From: Mobula hypostoma
Taxonomy: Eukaryota
Length of the DNA: 64,000 bases
Assembly: GCF_963921235.1 (NCBI RefSeq)
Contig: NC_086097.1
Span: 168,332,001 to 168,396,000 of the forward strand
Direction: 5' to 3'
In this document: positions 1-14,989 of the stretch, piece after piece
Numbering within the stretch: the first letter of the stretch is position 1
How the letters are laid out: every line of letters begins with the position of its first letter
The notes under the pieces: model-generated
What the model saw: the letters and a program-made list of their open reading frames with translations, nothing else
The model's database searches: none
What the model was told of the DNA's origin: nothing
Position numbers and translations under genes: made by a program

Positions 1-429
1 TTTTCAATTACAGTACAGTATATATAAATTTAAATATGTAGTTCAAAAAGAGTAAAAATAGCAAGGTAGTGTTTATAAGTTGATTCACTGCTCATTCAGA
101 AATATGAAGGCAGAGGGAAAGAAGATACTCCTAAAACATTGAGGGTGTGTTTTCAGGCTCCTGTAGTTCCTCCCTGATGGTAGCAATGAGAAGAGGGCAT
201 GTCCTGTGTGATTGAGGGGTGGGGGGTCCTTAATGATGGATGCCTCCTTTATTTGAGGCATCACCTTTTGATGATGTCTTTGATGGTGGTGGTGAGGGGA
301 GGGGACAGGGTTAATGCCCATGTTCGAGCTGGCTAGTACAGTGGCCTCTCCATACCGGATGGTGACGCAACCAATTAGAATGCTACTTCTGTTACAGAGA
401 AATTAATAGTAAAGAAATGAAAATCTTAC

Positions 430-554
430 CCATCACTCTCTGTGGAATATACAACGGGTATCCTACTTTCACCTTCTATACCCTGTTCCTGCTGTGCAGA
501 TTCCAGATTCCTTTCAAAGGTATCTACACTCCCGATGTTAAACCATACATAGTG
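430..554 (-). CDS. AFG3L2: AFG3L2 exon 7 ([42 protein letters not shown])
   Basis: tttctacag acceptor and GTAAGA donor; 125 nt; [14 protein letters not shown] motif of the intermembrane-space domain; gene continues beyond the window start. Confidence 0.97.
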
Positions 555-1819
555 CTGTAGAAACAGATACAAGAATATGAGCAGACTAATTACAATGAAG
601 ATAATATAGTAAATATGGCACACTAAATCAATTTAAGACAAGTTTCATTAAAAAGTCAAATAGTTTCAATTCACATCTAGATAACTTTGGGGGCTCAATC
701 GCATAATAACATGTTTTCTCTTTTCCTTCTACGTTTCAACTCTTGTAACATATCCAAGCACACCAGCTAATTTATTCATAGCAATTAGTAGAGTTAAGAG
801 GCCTTCTTAATGTGTTTATAGTTCCTCCAGATTCCAGCAATCTGCAGTCTCGTATCCTTCTCTAGCATTTGGAAATACTGCTTTAGGATTAAACATAAGG
901 ACACCTTAAAAAAATCCACAGTCCTTAGATCAGGTAGTCCTTTGGGTTGAAGATACCCCAATTCCAAAGTGATCCATGGGTTTCAAGCTGGCTGCTATGG
1001 CCAGCATAGGACTCACAAACTGCCAAAGATGAACAAGGAATACTTAATGGAAGAAGCACACTGCTCAAACTTGTCATTTACCTAGGGCTCCTGCATGCTC
1101 ACAAACTTCAATGGTCATGGGTCCTGGATATTCATGAATCAATAGGGAAGTTATAGATGTCTAGAGCAGGGGGGACATTAAGAACACCTTTGAACCTTGG
1201 TAATCACTTGTTGTGATGGAGTTGAGTACAGTTTAAGTGTCAGGCATGTGAATAACATGGCCTACCCTTCACATATGGCTGACTGAATTTACCCATCACA
1301 TCTGGCTGACTGAATTTAGACCCTCAGTACTTTTAGTGCATGAGGATTTTGTGAAGATAGACCAACAAACAATCTGCTGAAGGAGATCAGCAGGTCAAAC
1401 AGCAGCCAAAGAAGGAAAGGAATCAAGAAATTTTGGGCTGAAACCTTGCATCAGTACTCTTGTATCTCTTGTTAAGACAGCAACAGTGCTTTAAGGTGCT
1501 TGTTATAAGCAATTTATAATTCTGAAGGATAGCAAACGGGGATTGTGGCAGCCCAGTAAACCATAAGCTGTGTGGTCCAGAAATTCAAACAGCCAAAGGC
1601 TGTTCTAGTAGTAGTGACTTTCATCATCCATGTCAGCATTTATTAACAGGTTTCTCTCAAGAAGTAGAAAATGATTCTTTTAATGACTGTCATTGATCTT
1701 TATATTCTGGAAGTTGAGGTTAGGAAGAATTTCGCATCAAGGGCTGGTAAGGCACCATTTCTATGTGGAGGTCAGGGCAAAGCCTCAGTGAATCAACCTA
1801 TAATAACTTGGAAATCAGA

Positions 1820-2500
1820 GATCATATAAGGTCTTGGCCAGGTACAACATCATGGCCAGATGCTTTCCGTGACACTTGAATGAATACTGAAGAGCTGTAT
1901 TCTCCTGGCTGGACTGTTTACTAACATCTTCAACCTCTCACTTCAGCAGTTTGAGGTACCCAAATGCTTCAAGCAGGCTCCAATCATACCATTGCCTAAG
2001 AAAAACATGGTAGCCTGCCTCAATGACTATCATCCAGTGGCTCTTACATCCAATGTGATGAAGTGTTTTGAGAGGTTGGTCATGAAGCACATCAACTCCT
2101 GCCTGAGGAGTGACTTTGATCACTTCCAATTTGCCTTGTGTCGCAACAGGTCAACAGCAGATGCCATTTTATTGGCTCTGGAACATTTAGGCAATGAAAA
2201 TGTATACATCAGGATGCTCTTCATTGACTACAGCTTAGCACTCAACATAATTATCCCCTCAAAACTAAATCACTAAACTCCAAGACATAGGCCTTGATAC
2301 CTCCGTGTGCAACTGGATCCTCAATATTGTCACTTGCAAATCCCAGTCAATATTGATTTGCAACAACTACCTCCACAATCACCATTGGCAAAGGTGCACC
2401 ACATGGCTGTGTAATTAGCCCCCTGCTCTACTCGTTTTATAACTATGAATATAAGGCGAAGTACAGCTCCAATGCCATATTTCAGTTTGCTCACAACACC
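1820..2500 (+). mobile_element. Rex1/Babar-type LINE RT fragment
   Basis: CLNDYHPVALTSNVMKCFERLV; STADAI; RMLFIDYS; related fragments at ~30-400 (-), 21660-22590 (+), 34911-35097 (-), 48275-48825 (-). Confidence 0.8.
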
Positions 2501-5500
2501 ACAGTTTGAGGAGACCCGGGTCAGGCAGCTGATTGACATGATCTATCCCTCGGAGCTGCTGTTGCTTTATCATGGTAAGACTACTGTTCATGTGGGCCTC
2601 CTCTGGTACAATGGTGTTAGTATGTTTGTCCTTCCAGCTGATCCTCAAAATCTTTCGTAAGGTTCTTTGGTGGTATTGTTCCACGGCTTCTAGGTGGTCC
2701 ATGATTCAGCACCATACAATAATCTACTGCCCTTGCAATGCGTTGTATACAAAGCTAGCTGGGGGTTAAGTACCTTCTCAAAAATCACCCGAGCCAGAAG
2801 CCTTCTTCAGGGTTTTTAAATGAGAAAACATTTTGCAACTGCAGAAAGTTAAGTAAAACACATAATAGAGTCAATACAGAATTGTTGCACACCTGAATAT
2901 AATACTATCAAATATTTTCACAATCAGCATTAAACAAGGTAATACACACCTGCAACATTCCATAGCTATCCTGTGGACTAGAGCAAACTCATGGCGTGAT
3001 GATAGCTTAATAGTGTTGCACTCCTTCAGCTACTAAATGTTTACTAATATTAAGATGAAGACACACAGATATTGCTGTTTCAAGGTCAAATAGTGAATGG
3101 AGATGGATGTCTTCTTACCATGTTTGCTCCAAGTCGAAATTCAAGTTAACCCATGCAGGAAATGTAAAAAAGCAGCTTACAAACAGGAAGTGATGTTTGT
3201 ACAAAACAAATTTCATACAAAACACACAGTGCCTCTAGAGGCAGAACAAGTAATGTAAGAAGGACGACTGTTCTGGAGACAAAAAGTATTGTTTGGACCT
3301 ATAGGTAGTGGTCTTCAAAGACACTTTTCCTTAATCCTGCGAAGACTCCACAAGCACTACTCAGACAGTGACTGATCTGAGTTGACCTCTGCATTTGCTG
3401 CCAAGATAGGGAAAGTAGTCTACATTTTCAGGAGCGATACTGTCAACTTTGATGGAGGGTAGGATAAAGGGCTGGTTGGATGATGGCTGATACAAGACCT
3501 GTGTCTTTTCTTAAAAATATCAAAACAAGACATGGGGCTCTATATGCCTTGGTAAAGGCATTCAGGATACACCTGAGATCTTCTTCAGAATGTGTTGCGA
3601 TAGCGTTATCATCCACATACCGAAGTTCCGCAATCCCGGTGGTGTTGACCTTGAACCAGTTGAGATTGAGAAGCTTGTTATCCATTCTATACAAGATTGA
3701 GATTCCCTTTGGCAGATCTTGGCCAATGAAGTAATGGATGGCAGCTATAAAGATGGCAAATAGGGTGGGATCTATGATACAGCCCTGTTTTGACTCCTGA
3801 CAGTGAAAGGTTCTGATTCAGCGCTCCTGTTACTGAGTACTACGGCTGACATACCATCATGCAGCAGCCTCAGTATTCGTGTGCTTGTCAGGACAGCCAT
3901 CTCTTGATAGCATATGCCAGTGAGCTTGACAGTGTTCTGTATCAAATACCTTTGTCAAATCTATGAAAGCCAAGCACAAAGGTTGCCTTTGTTCATGACA
4001 TTTTTACTGTAATTGGCTTCTGCAGTACCTCTAGATGGGCAGAAATCACACTGTAATTCAAGGTGCAGTACTTCAGGTTGTGGAAAAAGTCGGTTGACAA
4101 AGATACATACAAGCACTTTGCCTGTTGCTGACAGGAGGAAGATGCCTTTGTTATTGCCACAATCTGCCTAGTCTCCCTTCTTTAATATAGCCACTATTAT
4201 AGCCTCCCTGAGTTCTGACCGTAGTTGTTCATTTTCCCAAACCTTCAGGAGGAAGACAAGTATGTGATATACGAGTGCAGGACATAGGATCCTTCCTTAA
4301 GGATCTCTGCTGGGATTCACCAGGACCTGTGGTTTTGTTGCTTTTCAGGTTCCTGATGGCATCATGGACTTATTTCACACTGGGAGGTTTCCCCTCATCT
4401 TCTCTCATATGTCACTGAAGGTTTTTTGTAACCCCTAGTTCTGCAGTGTTGTCATGGTTAAGTAGTTTTTGAAAGTGCTCTCTCTATCAATCGTTGATAA
4501 CTTTCCGATCCTTTAGCAAGCTCTTCCCATCCTTTGCGAGTCATTTAATCCCAAGTATCTTGGACCATAGAGTGCTTTGGTGGCACTGAAGAATCCTCTC
4601 GTGTTACCAGAGTCTGCCAGCCTCTGGATTTTCAGGGCTTTCTCAGTCCACCAAGAATTCTTTAGCTCCCTCACTAGGCACTAAAGGTTTTTCTTTTCTT
4701 GGCGATAAGCTGTTTAATCTCCATGTCATTACCATCAAAGCAATCCTGATGTTTTCTGGATATACCTTCAAAAACATCCTTGGGTACCAGGGATGGTGGA
4801 TTTAAGCAGACCCCAGTGTTCTTCGATATCCTCCAAATATTCTTGCTGGTGGTTTCCCCCCAAACAAGGCCTGAAGGTAATTTTGGGTGGCAGTGTCAAG
4901 CAGGCTCTTGAGTTTTAGTGTTGGTCTGGTCTGCTTCTTACGAGCCCTCCTGTTTTTCATGAGTCTGATGGACATGGTGGGGTGGACCAAGTGATTGTCT
5001 ATACAGCAGTCATCTGTGCCAATCATGACCCTTTTTATAATAACATCACAGTGGGTCCTTAGCTCAAGCAATGAGATGCTACTCTTTAGATCTGGGGTGC
5101 CATCAAGATGCCTTGAATTTGTTTTTCTGGTGGAAGAGAGTGCTCGTGATGATCAGATTGTGCTCAGCGCATTTGGCGAGAAATAGTAGTTGCTTTGAGT
5201 TGATGTTGCCAATGCCTTCCTTTCCTGTGGTGCTCTTCCAAAGTGTGAAGTCTTGATCGACCCTGGCACTGAAGTCCCTAAGAGAATTCTTATTCTCCTT
5301 GTGGATGCTTGACAGTGTTGTGTCTAGGCAAGCTAGAAGGCCTCTTCTGCATACTTGTGCGAGTCCACAGATGGTATATAAGCATTCACAACAGTTTCCA
5401 TCAGGTTGTTGGCAAGCACCAAACAGATGGTCATAAGACATTCACTGATCCCCACGGGAAGTTCAAAAGAGTTAACTGACAAGCTGGTTCTTTACTGCAA

Positions 5501-6060
5501 ACCCAACACCATGGATCCTGGGCTTGTAAGCTGCCTTCCCTTTCTAGGAGAAGGTCTAACCACCCTTCTCCTCCCTCAGTTGCCTTTTGTTTGCCAGATG
5601 GGTTTCAAAAAGAGCAGCTTGGTCAATTTAGCATCTCCTCAGTTATTTGGCGATGATTTCAGTTTGCCTCTTTGATTAATCACTGGTTGCACGAGAGTAC
5701 ACACATTCCAAGCTCCAAAGGTCATGTTTTTTTTTGTTTCTGATCAGCAAACTGAATCCTCAATAGGGCTGCTAAGTCATTGGGCAGCTGCCGAAGGATG
5801 CTTTCTGCCTCAGTCTAAGGGCCCAGTGATTGAATCAAACACCCACCATCCAATGTGCCAGTTTGTGACTAGGGACTTTCAGACCACACATTACCCCACT
5901 TTGCCATTTGTTGATGGCGGGTCCAGCGGCATGGAGTACAAAATGACTGGGGATCTTTCACTGCTGCAGCCTTCGTTAATTAAATGTGAGTCTCTGATAC
6001 AACCTGCCCTGATGTTTTCAAGTAGGGAAACTAAGACTCTTCATAGGTGTTGGTTATGGA
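2500..6060 (-). mobile_element. Decayed RTE-clade LINE
   Basis: EN DFSARVD..GKEGIGNINS..CAEHNLIIT; RT ELRYVDD..ATHSEEDL; C-terminal HQRTLRKILRISWKDK. Confidence 0.8.
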
Positions 6061-6466
6061 GGAATGCGGCTCAACTCAAAAACTGGACACATGCAGGTTC
6101 CTGTTGGTTAGAAGTTGGAAGTTTGTCTCTGAGGCAGTATCAAAATTTGCTCAAAATCTTAATATTGGTTTTCTTGCAGCTGCATTTCTGCTGTTGAATA
6201 CTTTGGGACCAGGCTGATAAGAGTAATAACCACCGAATTTGTTTTGCATTCTTCAACAGTCAGTGTCTGTTATTCCACAGGTAATATGGATATCCTTGTG
6301 GTATCTTGTTTGAATGATGACAACCCAACAGTTGACAGTACCTGAATTTCGGGTGTTGCCACAATGTCTTATACTAGAATGCATATAGGCATTATCAAAT
6401 GCAACTGGGGCTCTCCTTTCCCATTTCCTCCATGTCCATCACAGACTTCGAGAGGACTGTATTGTT

Positions 6467-7660
6467 TAGAAACATAGAAAACCTACAGCACAATACAGGC
6501 CCTTCGGCCCACAAAGCTGTGTCAAACATGTCCTTACCTTAGAAATTACCTAGGATTACCCATAGCCCTCTATTTTTCTAAGCTCCATGTACCTATACAG
6601 GAGTCTCTTAAATCCTATCGTATCCGCCTCCACCACCGTCACCGGCAGTCCATTCCAAGCAATCACCACTCTCTGCGTAAAAAACTTACCCCTGACATCT
6701 CCTCTGTACCTACTTCCAAGCACCTGAAACCTGTGCCCTCTCGTGATAGCCATTTCAGTGTTGGGAAAAAGCCTTTGACTATCCACACAATCAACGCCTC
6801 TCATCATCTTATACACCTCTATAAGGTCACCTCTGATCCTCCGTCACTCCAAGGAGAAAAGGCCAAGTTCACTCAACCTATTCTCATAAGGTATGATCCC
6901 CAATCCAGGCAACATCCTTGTAAACCTCCTCTGCACCCTTTCTATAGTTTCTACATCTTTCCTGTCCGAGGTGACCAGAACTAAGCACGGTACTCTAAGT
7001 GGCATCTGACCGGGGTCCTATATAGCTATAACATTATCTCTTGGCTCTTAAACTCAATCCCACGGTTGATGAAGACTAATACACTGTATGCCTTCCTAAC
7101 CACACACTGCGCAACAGCTTTGACTGTCCTATAGACTCGGACCCCAAGATCCCTCTGATCTACCACACTGCCAAGAGTCTTACCATTAATACTATATTCT
7201 GCCATCATATTTGACCTACCAAAATGAACCATCTCACACTTATCTGGGTCGAACTCCATCTGCCACTTCTCAGCCCAGTTGTGCATCCTATCAATGTCCC
7301 GCTGTAACCTCTGACAGCCCTCCACACTCTCCACAGCACCCCCAACTTCTGTGTCATCAGCAAATTTAATAACCCATCCCTCCATTTCTTCATCCAGGTC
7401 ATTTATAAAAATCATGAAGAGAAGGGGTCCAAGAACAGATCCAAGTCATACCTCTGGTCACCGACCTCCATGCAGAATATGACCTATCTACAACTACTCT
7501 TTGCCTTCTGTGGGCAAGCCACTTCTGGATCCACAAAGCAAAGTTCCCTTGGATCCCATGCCTCCTTACTTTCTCAATAAGCCTTGCATGAGGTACCTTA
7601 TCAAATGCCTTACTGAATTCCATATACACTACATCTACTGCTCTACCTTCATCAATGCTT
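6467..7660 (-). mobile_element. CR1 LINE 3' fragment
   Basis: FSKAFDKVPH; FADDT; WAEKWQMEF; tail at the left end. Confidence 0.9.
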
Positions 7661-8301
7661 CTAAGCCTGGCATTGCAGTCATCTGGGAGGATTAAGTTTT
7701 CTACCTTTGATAACAAACGAAGTCTTTTCCAATGTCAGAATAGAAGTCTCCTTTAACTTCATCAATAGTTTCCAAGATACGTGTACGTGTTGGTAACCGT
7801 AGTTTGTGTTTCGCACTTGGGGTCAGAGGGTTAGAAGACATACACTTGTATTGCTTAGGGAATTGCTGTGATCCAATCTACTCTGTTACAAGAAGTGCTT
7901 TACTGAATTTGGTAAATTGATTCTAATGAGAGTTTTTGTTCTCCTTCTGGATGACAACTACATTACTGGAATTCTGGCATGCAAACGCTACCAATCATGG
8001 TCTCTTATACATAACCAATTTTCTTCACTTTAGCAGCAACTCCATATTTTAGGCCAAAGGTCACTATTTTATTCTGTATACCACATTCAACCCTCTGTCC
8101 ATTTTCAAAACATTTCTTAAAATTTCTCCCTTTGACCAAGTTTTTTGGTCATCTGTTTTACCTCTTGTGGTTCAGCAGCAAATCCACTTCAGAGTATTTC
8201 GTTACCTTCATAAGGTGGCGTATTTACAGAACTTCTGCTGTACAGTACACATTTTAATTTATAACAATCTACAAAGTAGAATATTGTATAAATGAACTTA
8301 C

Positions 8302-8376
8302 GGCATCCATGGCTGCTTTATCTGGAGCAAAAACTACTCTAACATAGCGTTTGTTTACAACTTCCAACCTCTCCAC
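8302..8376 (-). CDS. AFG3L2: AFG3L2 exon 6 (VERLEVVNKRYVRVVFAPDKAAMDA)
   Basis: ttaccag acceptor and GTAAGT donor; 75 nt; RLEVVNKR.VRV motif. Confidence 0.96.
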
Positions 8377-9924
8377 CTGGTAACAAGAATAGAGATGGTA
8401 AGTAACAAAATTTGACACAACTCATCTTCATTTCTACATGCTAACAAGTTCAAAGCTTCTATTTTTCAGATAGTAATTGAACATTCAAATTTAAGCAGAT
8501 ATTTATAATGAAGGCAAGATAAACTTGTATGTTAAAAAATATTTTAGTCAAGAACTCAGTGTCATTCTTACAAATTTAAGTCAATTCAAAATAAACTTAT
8601 TCTTTAAATTTAATATTTTTTTCAAAAGTACAATATCTGCACAAATGATTGCGTTTCCAAATTGATCCATAATTTCTCCACAACATCATTCAATAAACTT
8701 TGTCCTGCTTTCCATGTTTTTTAACCCACCTTGGCATGGTTTTTTATTTGTGAATATGACTGCTATATTCTGAAATACTGACACCAAAATGATTGCTTCT
8801 TGTCACAACTAGCTTGCTAATGTTATAAAGCTTACAATTTGTGTCATTAGTATATGCAAAGTGCAGAAAATGCATCCCATCTACAACTTAACATTCTCTC
8901 CGCACATTCAGGAAGAAAACCCAAACAAGTTCCAAGTCTCATTCATCTAAACTCTGGAGATCAGAGCCTCAACAGAGGTAATACTTGGGTTAAACAAGGG
9001 TTCCACTTCCTGAGAACTGTTCAATAACCAGCTTCTTTATGAGTCAGTAGTCTTTTTTGTAGCTGCCCACATCATATTGTTCTACATACACTTGCTAAAA
9101 TTCTTTCGTTTCAGTGGTCAATACATTAACCTCCATATTAAGTGGGGAAGGGAGAGTTGAAGGGTCACATGCCTAGAGAATGGGCTGTCACAATTTCCCA
9201 AATATAAAGCCACATCATCTGTGCATGCAGCAAGAATCACAAGTTATAAAAAATACAAATATTTCCTGTTTGCTTTTTTTCTCCCCACATATTCTATGAG
9301 AGCAATTTTTATTCTGTATGTCAAATATTTTGGTATTATCTATGAATATTTTAAGAGCAAATTTCCATCACCAAGATGGCCAGATCACAAAACTCACCTG
9401 TAGTCACCCTAATAGTACATCATCATCAGGTGCTATGCCCAGTTTGAGCTTTGTCTGCCATGGCCCACACACTCCTGTTTCGGGTCAAGTGGATCAATTC
9501 ATTCGTACTCATTTCCAGTTCTCTGGCTGCTGTCTCCATCATTTGTCTTTGTCTTCCTCTTGCTTTCTTTCTTTCAATCTTTCCCATAATTACTGTACGT
9601 TCTAACTCCTCTTTCCTAATCACATGTCTAATGAAGTTACGTTGCCTTTTCATGATCTCATACATTATTTAAAAGTACACATAATGAAATTAATAAAATA
9701 TATACTCTATTCAGTCATAAATGACTACGACGATTAGCACTAGCTTGAAAAATGCTTCAAAATATATGGAAGAATTTGTGTAAAGTGAGATTTTCATAGG
9801 TCAGATTGTTCAACACCCCCCCACCCCCCCCCCCATGTAGCAAACCTACCATTCCTAGAACCTATCCTGTGAATCTTCACTGTCTTTTTATATCTGTACA
9901 AACTGCAGCCTTCTTGGACAGAGA

Positions 9925-12900
9925 TACTCCACTCTAAGAATGGAGGGGTGCAAACGACAGGAAACTGTAGGCCAGTTAGCCTAATTTCAGTGGTTGGCGA
10001 CCATTATTAGGATGAGGTTTTGGGGCACTTGGAGGCACATTACAAAATAGGGAAAAGTCAGCATGGTTTCCTCAAGGGAAAATCTTGCCTGACAAATCTG
10101 TTGGAATTCTTTGAAGAAATAGCAAGCAGGACAGACAAAGGAGAATCGTTTGAAGTTGTGTACTTAGATTTCCAGAAGGCCTTTGACGAAGGTGCTGCAT
10201 ATGAGGCTGCTAAACATGATAAGAGCCCAGGGTAGGGTATTACAGGACAGATAGCAGCATGGATAGGTGGTTTACTGACTAGCAGGAGGCAAGTAGTGGG
10301 AATAAGGGTGCCTGCTGGTGTCTAGTGGTGTTCTAGGGATCAGTATTGGGACCACTCCTTTTTAGGTTATATTTTAATGACTTGAATGACGGAATTGATG
10401 CCTTTGTGGGCAAGTTTACCGATGATACAGAAACAGGTGGAACAGCAGGTACTATTGAGGAAGCAAGGAGGCTGCAGAAGACTTAAGACAGATTAGGATA
10501 GTGGGCAAAGAAGTGGCAGATGGAATACAGAGCTTGAAGTGTAGAGTTATGCACTTTGGCAGAAGGGACAAAAGCATAGACTATTTTCTACATGGAGAGG
10601 AAATACAGAAATCAGAGGTGCAACGGGACTTGAGGAGCCTTCATGCAGCATTTCCTAAGGACTAATTTGCAGGTTAAGTCTATGGTAAGGAAGGCAAATA
10701 CAATGTTAGCATTCATTTTGAGAGAACTATACTACAAGACCATAAGAGGTAGGAACAGAATTAGGCCAATTGGCCCATCGAGTCTGCTCCACCATTTCAT
10801 CATGGCTAATCCAATTTTCCTTTCCGCCCTCATCTCTTGTCTTCTCCCTGTATCCCTTCATGCCCTGACCATCAAGAACCTATTAACCTCTACTTTAAAT
10901 ATACGTAAAGACTTTGCCACAGGCAGCTGAGGAGGCCAAGTATTCCACAGATTAACCTCGCTGGCTAAAGAAGTTCCTCATCTCTGTTCTAAAAGGACAC
11001 CTCTCTATTCTGAGGCTGTGCCCTCTGGTCTTAGACTCTCCCACCATAGGAAACATCCTCTCCACAGCCACTCGATAGAGGCCTTTCATAATTCAATGAG
11101 GTCACCCCTCATTCTTCTGAATTCCAGTGAATATAGGCCCAGATCCATCAAGTGCTTTTCATATGACAAACCATCCAACCCTGGAACAATTTTCATGAAA
11201 CTCCTTTGAACCTTCTCCAGTTTCAGCACATCCTTTCTGAGATATGTGGCCCAAAACTGCTCCCAATACTTCAAGTGAGGCCTCACCAATGTTTTATAAA
11301 GCTTCAACATTACATCCTTGCTTTTATATTCTAGTCCTCTGGAAATGAATGTTAACATTGCATTTGCTTTCCTCACCGCAGACTCAACCTGAAAATTAAC
11401 CTTTAGGGAATCCTTCACAAGGGTTCCCAAGTCTCTTTGCATCTCAGTTTTTTGTACCTTCCTTCCATTTAGAAAATAGTCAACTCTTTCATTCCTTCTA
11501 CCAAAGAACATAACCATACACTTCACAACACTGTATTCCATCTGCCACTTCTTTGCCCATTCTCCTAATCTGTCTAAGTCCTTCTGTAGTCTCTCTACTT
11601 CCTCAAAACTACCTGCTCCTCCAACTATTTTCATATTGTCTGCAAAAACTTTGCAACAAAGCTATCAATTACGTCATTCAAATTACAGTCGGCCCTCCTT
11701 ATCCACGGGTTCCGCTCACGCGGATTCAACCAACCGCGGATTGGGAAAACCCGGAAGTTTTCTCCCCAGCACTCGTTGTTTGAGCATGTACAGACTTTTT
11801 TTCTTGTCATTATTCCCTAAACAATACAGTATAACAACTATTTTACATAGCATTTACATTGTATTAGGTATTACAAGTAATCTAGAGATGATTTAAAGTA
11901 TACGGGAGGATGTGCATAGGTTACCGCAGATCGAGATAAAAAAAAAACCCGGAAGTTTCCTCTCCAGCACTTGTTGTTCGAGCATGTACAGACTTTTTTT
12001 CTTGTCATTATTCCCTAAACAATACAGTACAACAACTATTTACATAGCACTTACATTGTATTAGGTACTATAAGTAATCTAGAGGTGATTTAATGTACAG
12101 GCAGTCTTTAAGTCGGATTTGTACGCAAGTCGGAACAGGTACATCCGGTATTATTTAGCGTCAGTTAGTCAAATGTTTGTCTTAGTATATAGTACAAATT
12201 TTACCTTTCTATGCATATAAAACACTTAAGAAACATATGTATTTCAATAATTAAACCACTGCGCTGCTTAGTAATAATTGTAGCTTTCATCGGGCAGGGC
12301 CTTTCACATGCTCCATTATTCTCACTTCATCCTTTAAAATTGTTCCGATCGTTGACTGACTGTAACCTAACGCTTTCCCAATGACCGATGGCATTTCACC
12401 TCTTTCCAAATGCTTTATTATTTCCACTTTATTTTCAATCATAACTGTTTTCCACCAACGGAACAGAAACACTGCAGATTCAGCAGCGGCCGCGGGCGGT
12501 GGGTCCGGAGTTCCCCCGGGTCCTGAAGTCCACCCGCACTGAGACGGGTTAAATAAAAGACTTGAGCATCCGCGTTTTTTGGTATCCGCGGGGGGTCCCG
12601 GAACCAATCCCCCACGGATAAGGAGGGCCAACTGTATTAACAGTTAACGTAAAAAGAATCGGTCCCAACAGAGACCCCTGCCAGCTAGAAAAGGATCCCT
12701 TGATTTCTACTCTTTGCCTCCTGCCAATCAACCACTGCTTTATCTGTAGCTTGTTAAGCAGCCTCATGTGTGGCACCTTGTCAAAAGCCTTCTGAAATCC
12801 AAGGACACAACAGCAACCAATCCTTCTGCTTGTTATTTCTTCAAAGAATTCCAACATATTTGTCAGGCAAGATTTTCCTTTGAAAAAACCATGCTGACTA

Positions 12901-14427
12901 CGGCCTATTTTATCATGTGCCTCCAAGTACCCTGAGACCTCATCCTTAATAATCAACTCCAACATCTTCCCAGCCACTGAGGTTAGACTATCTGGGCCAA
13001 TAGTTTCCTTTCTTCTGCCTCTCTCCGTTCTTGAAGAGTGGAGTGACATTTGCAATTTTTCAGACTTCCAGAACATAAATACAAAGATGTAATGCTGAAG
13101 TTTTATAAGGCATTGATCAGACAACACTTAGAGTACTGTGAGCAGTTTTGGGCCCCTTATATAAAAAAAGATGTGCTGGCATTGGAAAGGCTCCAGAGGT
13201 GGGTCACGAGAATGATTCCAGGAATTAAAGGGTTAATGTACGAGGCGCAGTAGATGACTCTGGATCTCCGTGAAACATATTGAATATTGAAAGGCCGAGG
13301 TAATGTGAATGGGGTGAGGATGTTCCAGAGGACACAACCACAGAATAGAAGGATGTCCCTTTAGAACAGAAATGAGGAGGAATTTCTTCAGCCAGAGGGT
13401 GGTGAATTTGTAGAATTCATTGTCACAGGTGGCTGTGAAGGCCAAATCATTAGACATACAATGAATTCCAGTTAATTGGGCCATTGGTTAATCGGGGCAG
13501 CCGCTTTATTGTGAAAACTCTTAAAGAACAAATACTAATCAAGAAAATAACCGTGATTCCCTTTGCTTATTTGGGACATGATGCCGCTTTACTGGGGCAA
13601 TAGATTGTTGCTGAACAGTTCTAACTAGCTTCAGACATGTGAACTTGTGTGACCGTTAGACACTACCATGTGCGTACAGCGAACAGTCTTTAAATAGTGT
13701 CAGTTGTGTGTGCTTGTGTTCAAAAAGCAATGATTTCTGTCACCCATTGCTGGTGAGAAATAAGCTGTACGACAATTCAGAACTGTTTAGCTCACTGCAG
13801 TTTCAAGCATTTAAGCTTGGAGATGCCAGAAATGGCCTAGAGTGAAAATTTCAAGTTAGGAATTAAGAATCTGAAGATATCTACAATCATCTTGAATGTT
13901 ACATTGGAAATGAATATTTGGAGGTTGCAATTATTGATAGCATTGTATGACGGCATCCATTATCTGCACTATGTGTCTGCTCTGATTTTGTTAATTTACA
14001 GTAAATCAAAAGACTACAGCAACATGCTGAATTCCTCCATCAATAACTATTAGGAATTAATATAGTTTTATAGTACAGTAGTATTGATAATGTTCTAATT
14101 AGTTCTGTATTTCAGTTAAATACATAATTTGTTACTCAGTTAAATAGTAGTTTGTCTTTTTTTTTAATACCTTTTTAATTATTTCCATGAAACTTTGGCT
14201 AATTGGGGAAGCTGCTTAATTGGGTCAAAATGTACTGGTCCTGGTGTGTAGCAGTTAACTAGAATACACTGTACTTAAAGCGGAGGTTGATAGATTCTTG
14301 ATTAGTAAGGGTATGAAAGATTACAGGGAGAAGGCAGAAGAACTGGATACGGGGGTAAATATGATGGAATGACAGAGTGGACTCAATGGGCTGAATGTCC
14401 TAATTCTGCTCCTATGCCTTATGGTCT
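9925..14427. mobile_element. Nested CR1 fragments in both orientations with DNA-transposon insertions
   Basis: QHGFLKGKSCLTNL on + at ~10050 and on - at ~12880; minus-strand CR1 ~10735-13060; MITE ~13457-14272. Confidence 0.8.
11686..12634 (-). mobile_element. Tigger/pogo-type non-autonomous DNA transposon
   Basis: TA flanks; TIR CAGT(C/T)GGCCCTCCTTATCC; CENP-B-like HTH KVEIIKHLERGE..IGKALGYSQSTIGTILKD; internal ~150-bp duplication. Confidence 0.85.
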
Positions 14428-14989
14428 TAGACCAAAACTACATACAACTGTAGTTTCACTAATGTTTCATATATATGCAACAAGACTTCCTTAGTCCTGT
14501 ATTCAAATCCTCTTGTAAGAGGCAAACATAGAGTTTGCCTTCCAAATTCCTTTCTGCACATGGTTGTTGGCCTTAACTTGTATAGAAACTCACCCAGGTC
14601 CCTTAGAACATTAACACCACCCAGACTCCCACCGTTTATAGTTTGGTTTTCTTTGATGTGCAAAGTGAATGATCCCATATTTCCCATATTATAGAAAGGA
14701 TGTGATTGCACTGGAGAGTCTGCAGAGGAGATTCACCTGGATAGGAGGCCTTTAGTTATGGGGAGAAATTGGATAGGCTGAGTTTGCATTGCCTGGAGTG
14801 AAAAAAACCAAGCAGAAGCACCAACTTACTGGCAACAAACAAAACTATTAACTACTTAATTAATCACACTTTTTTCTGGTAAACAATCACTGCAATCAAT
14901 AGACTATAACCTCCCTTTCAGAGTTGAGCTTTTGAACCGCCTGCACAACCTGGCATTTTTTACAGTGTGAACTGAAGTCTCGAAGCTGC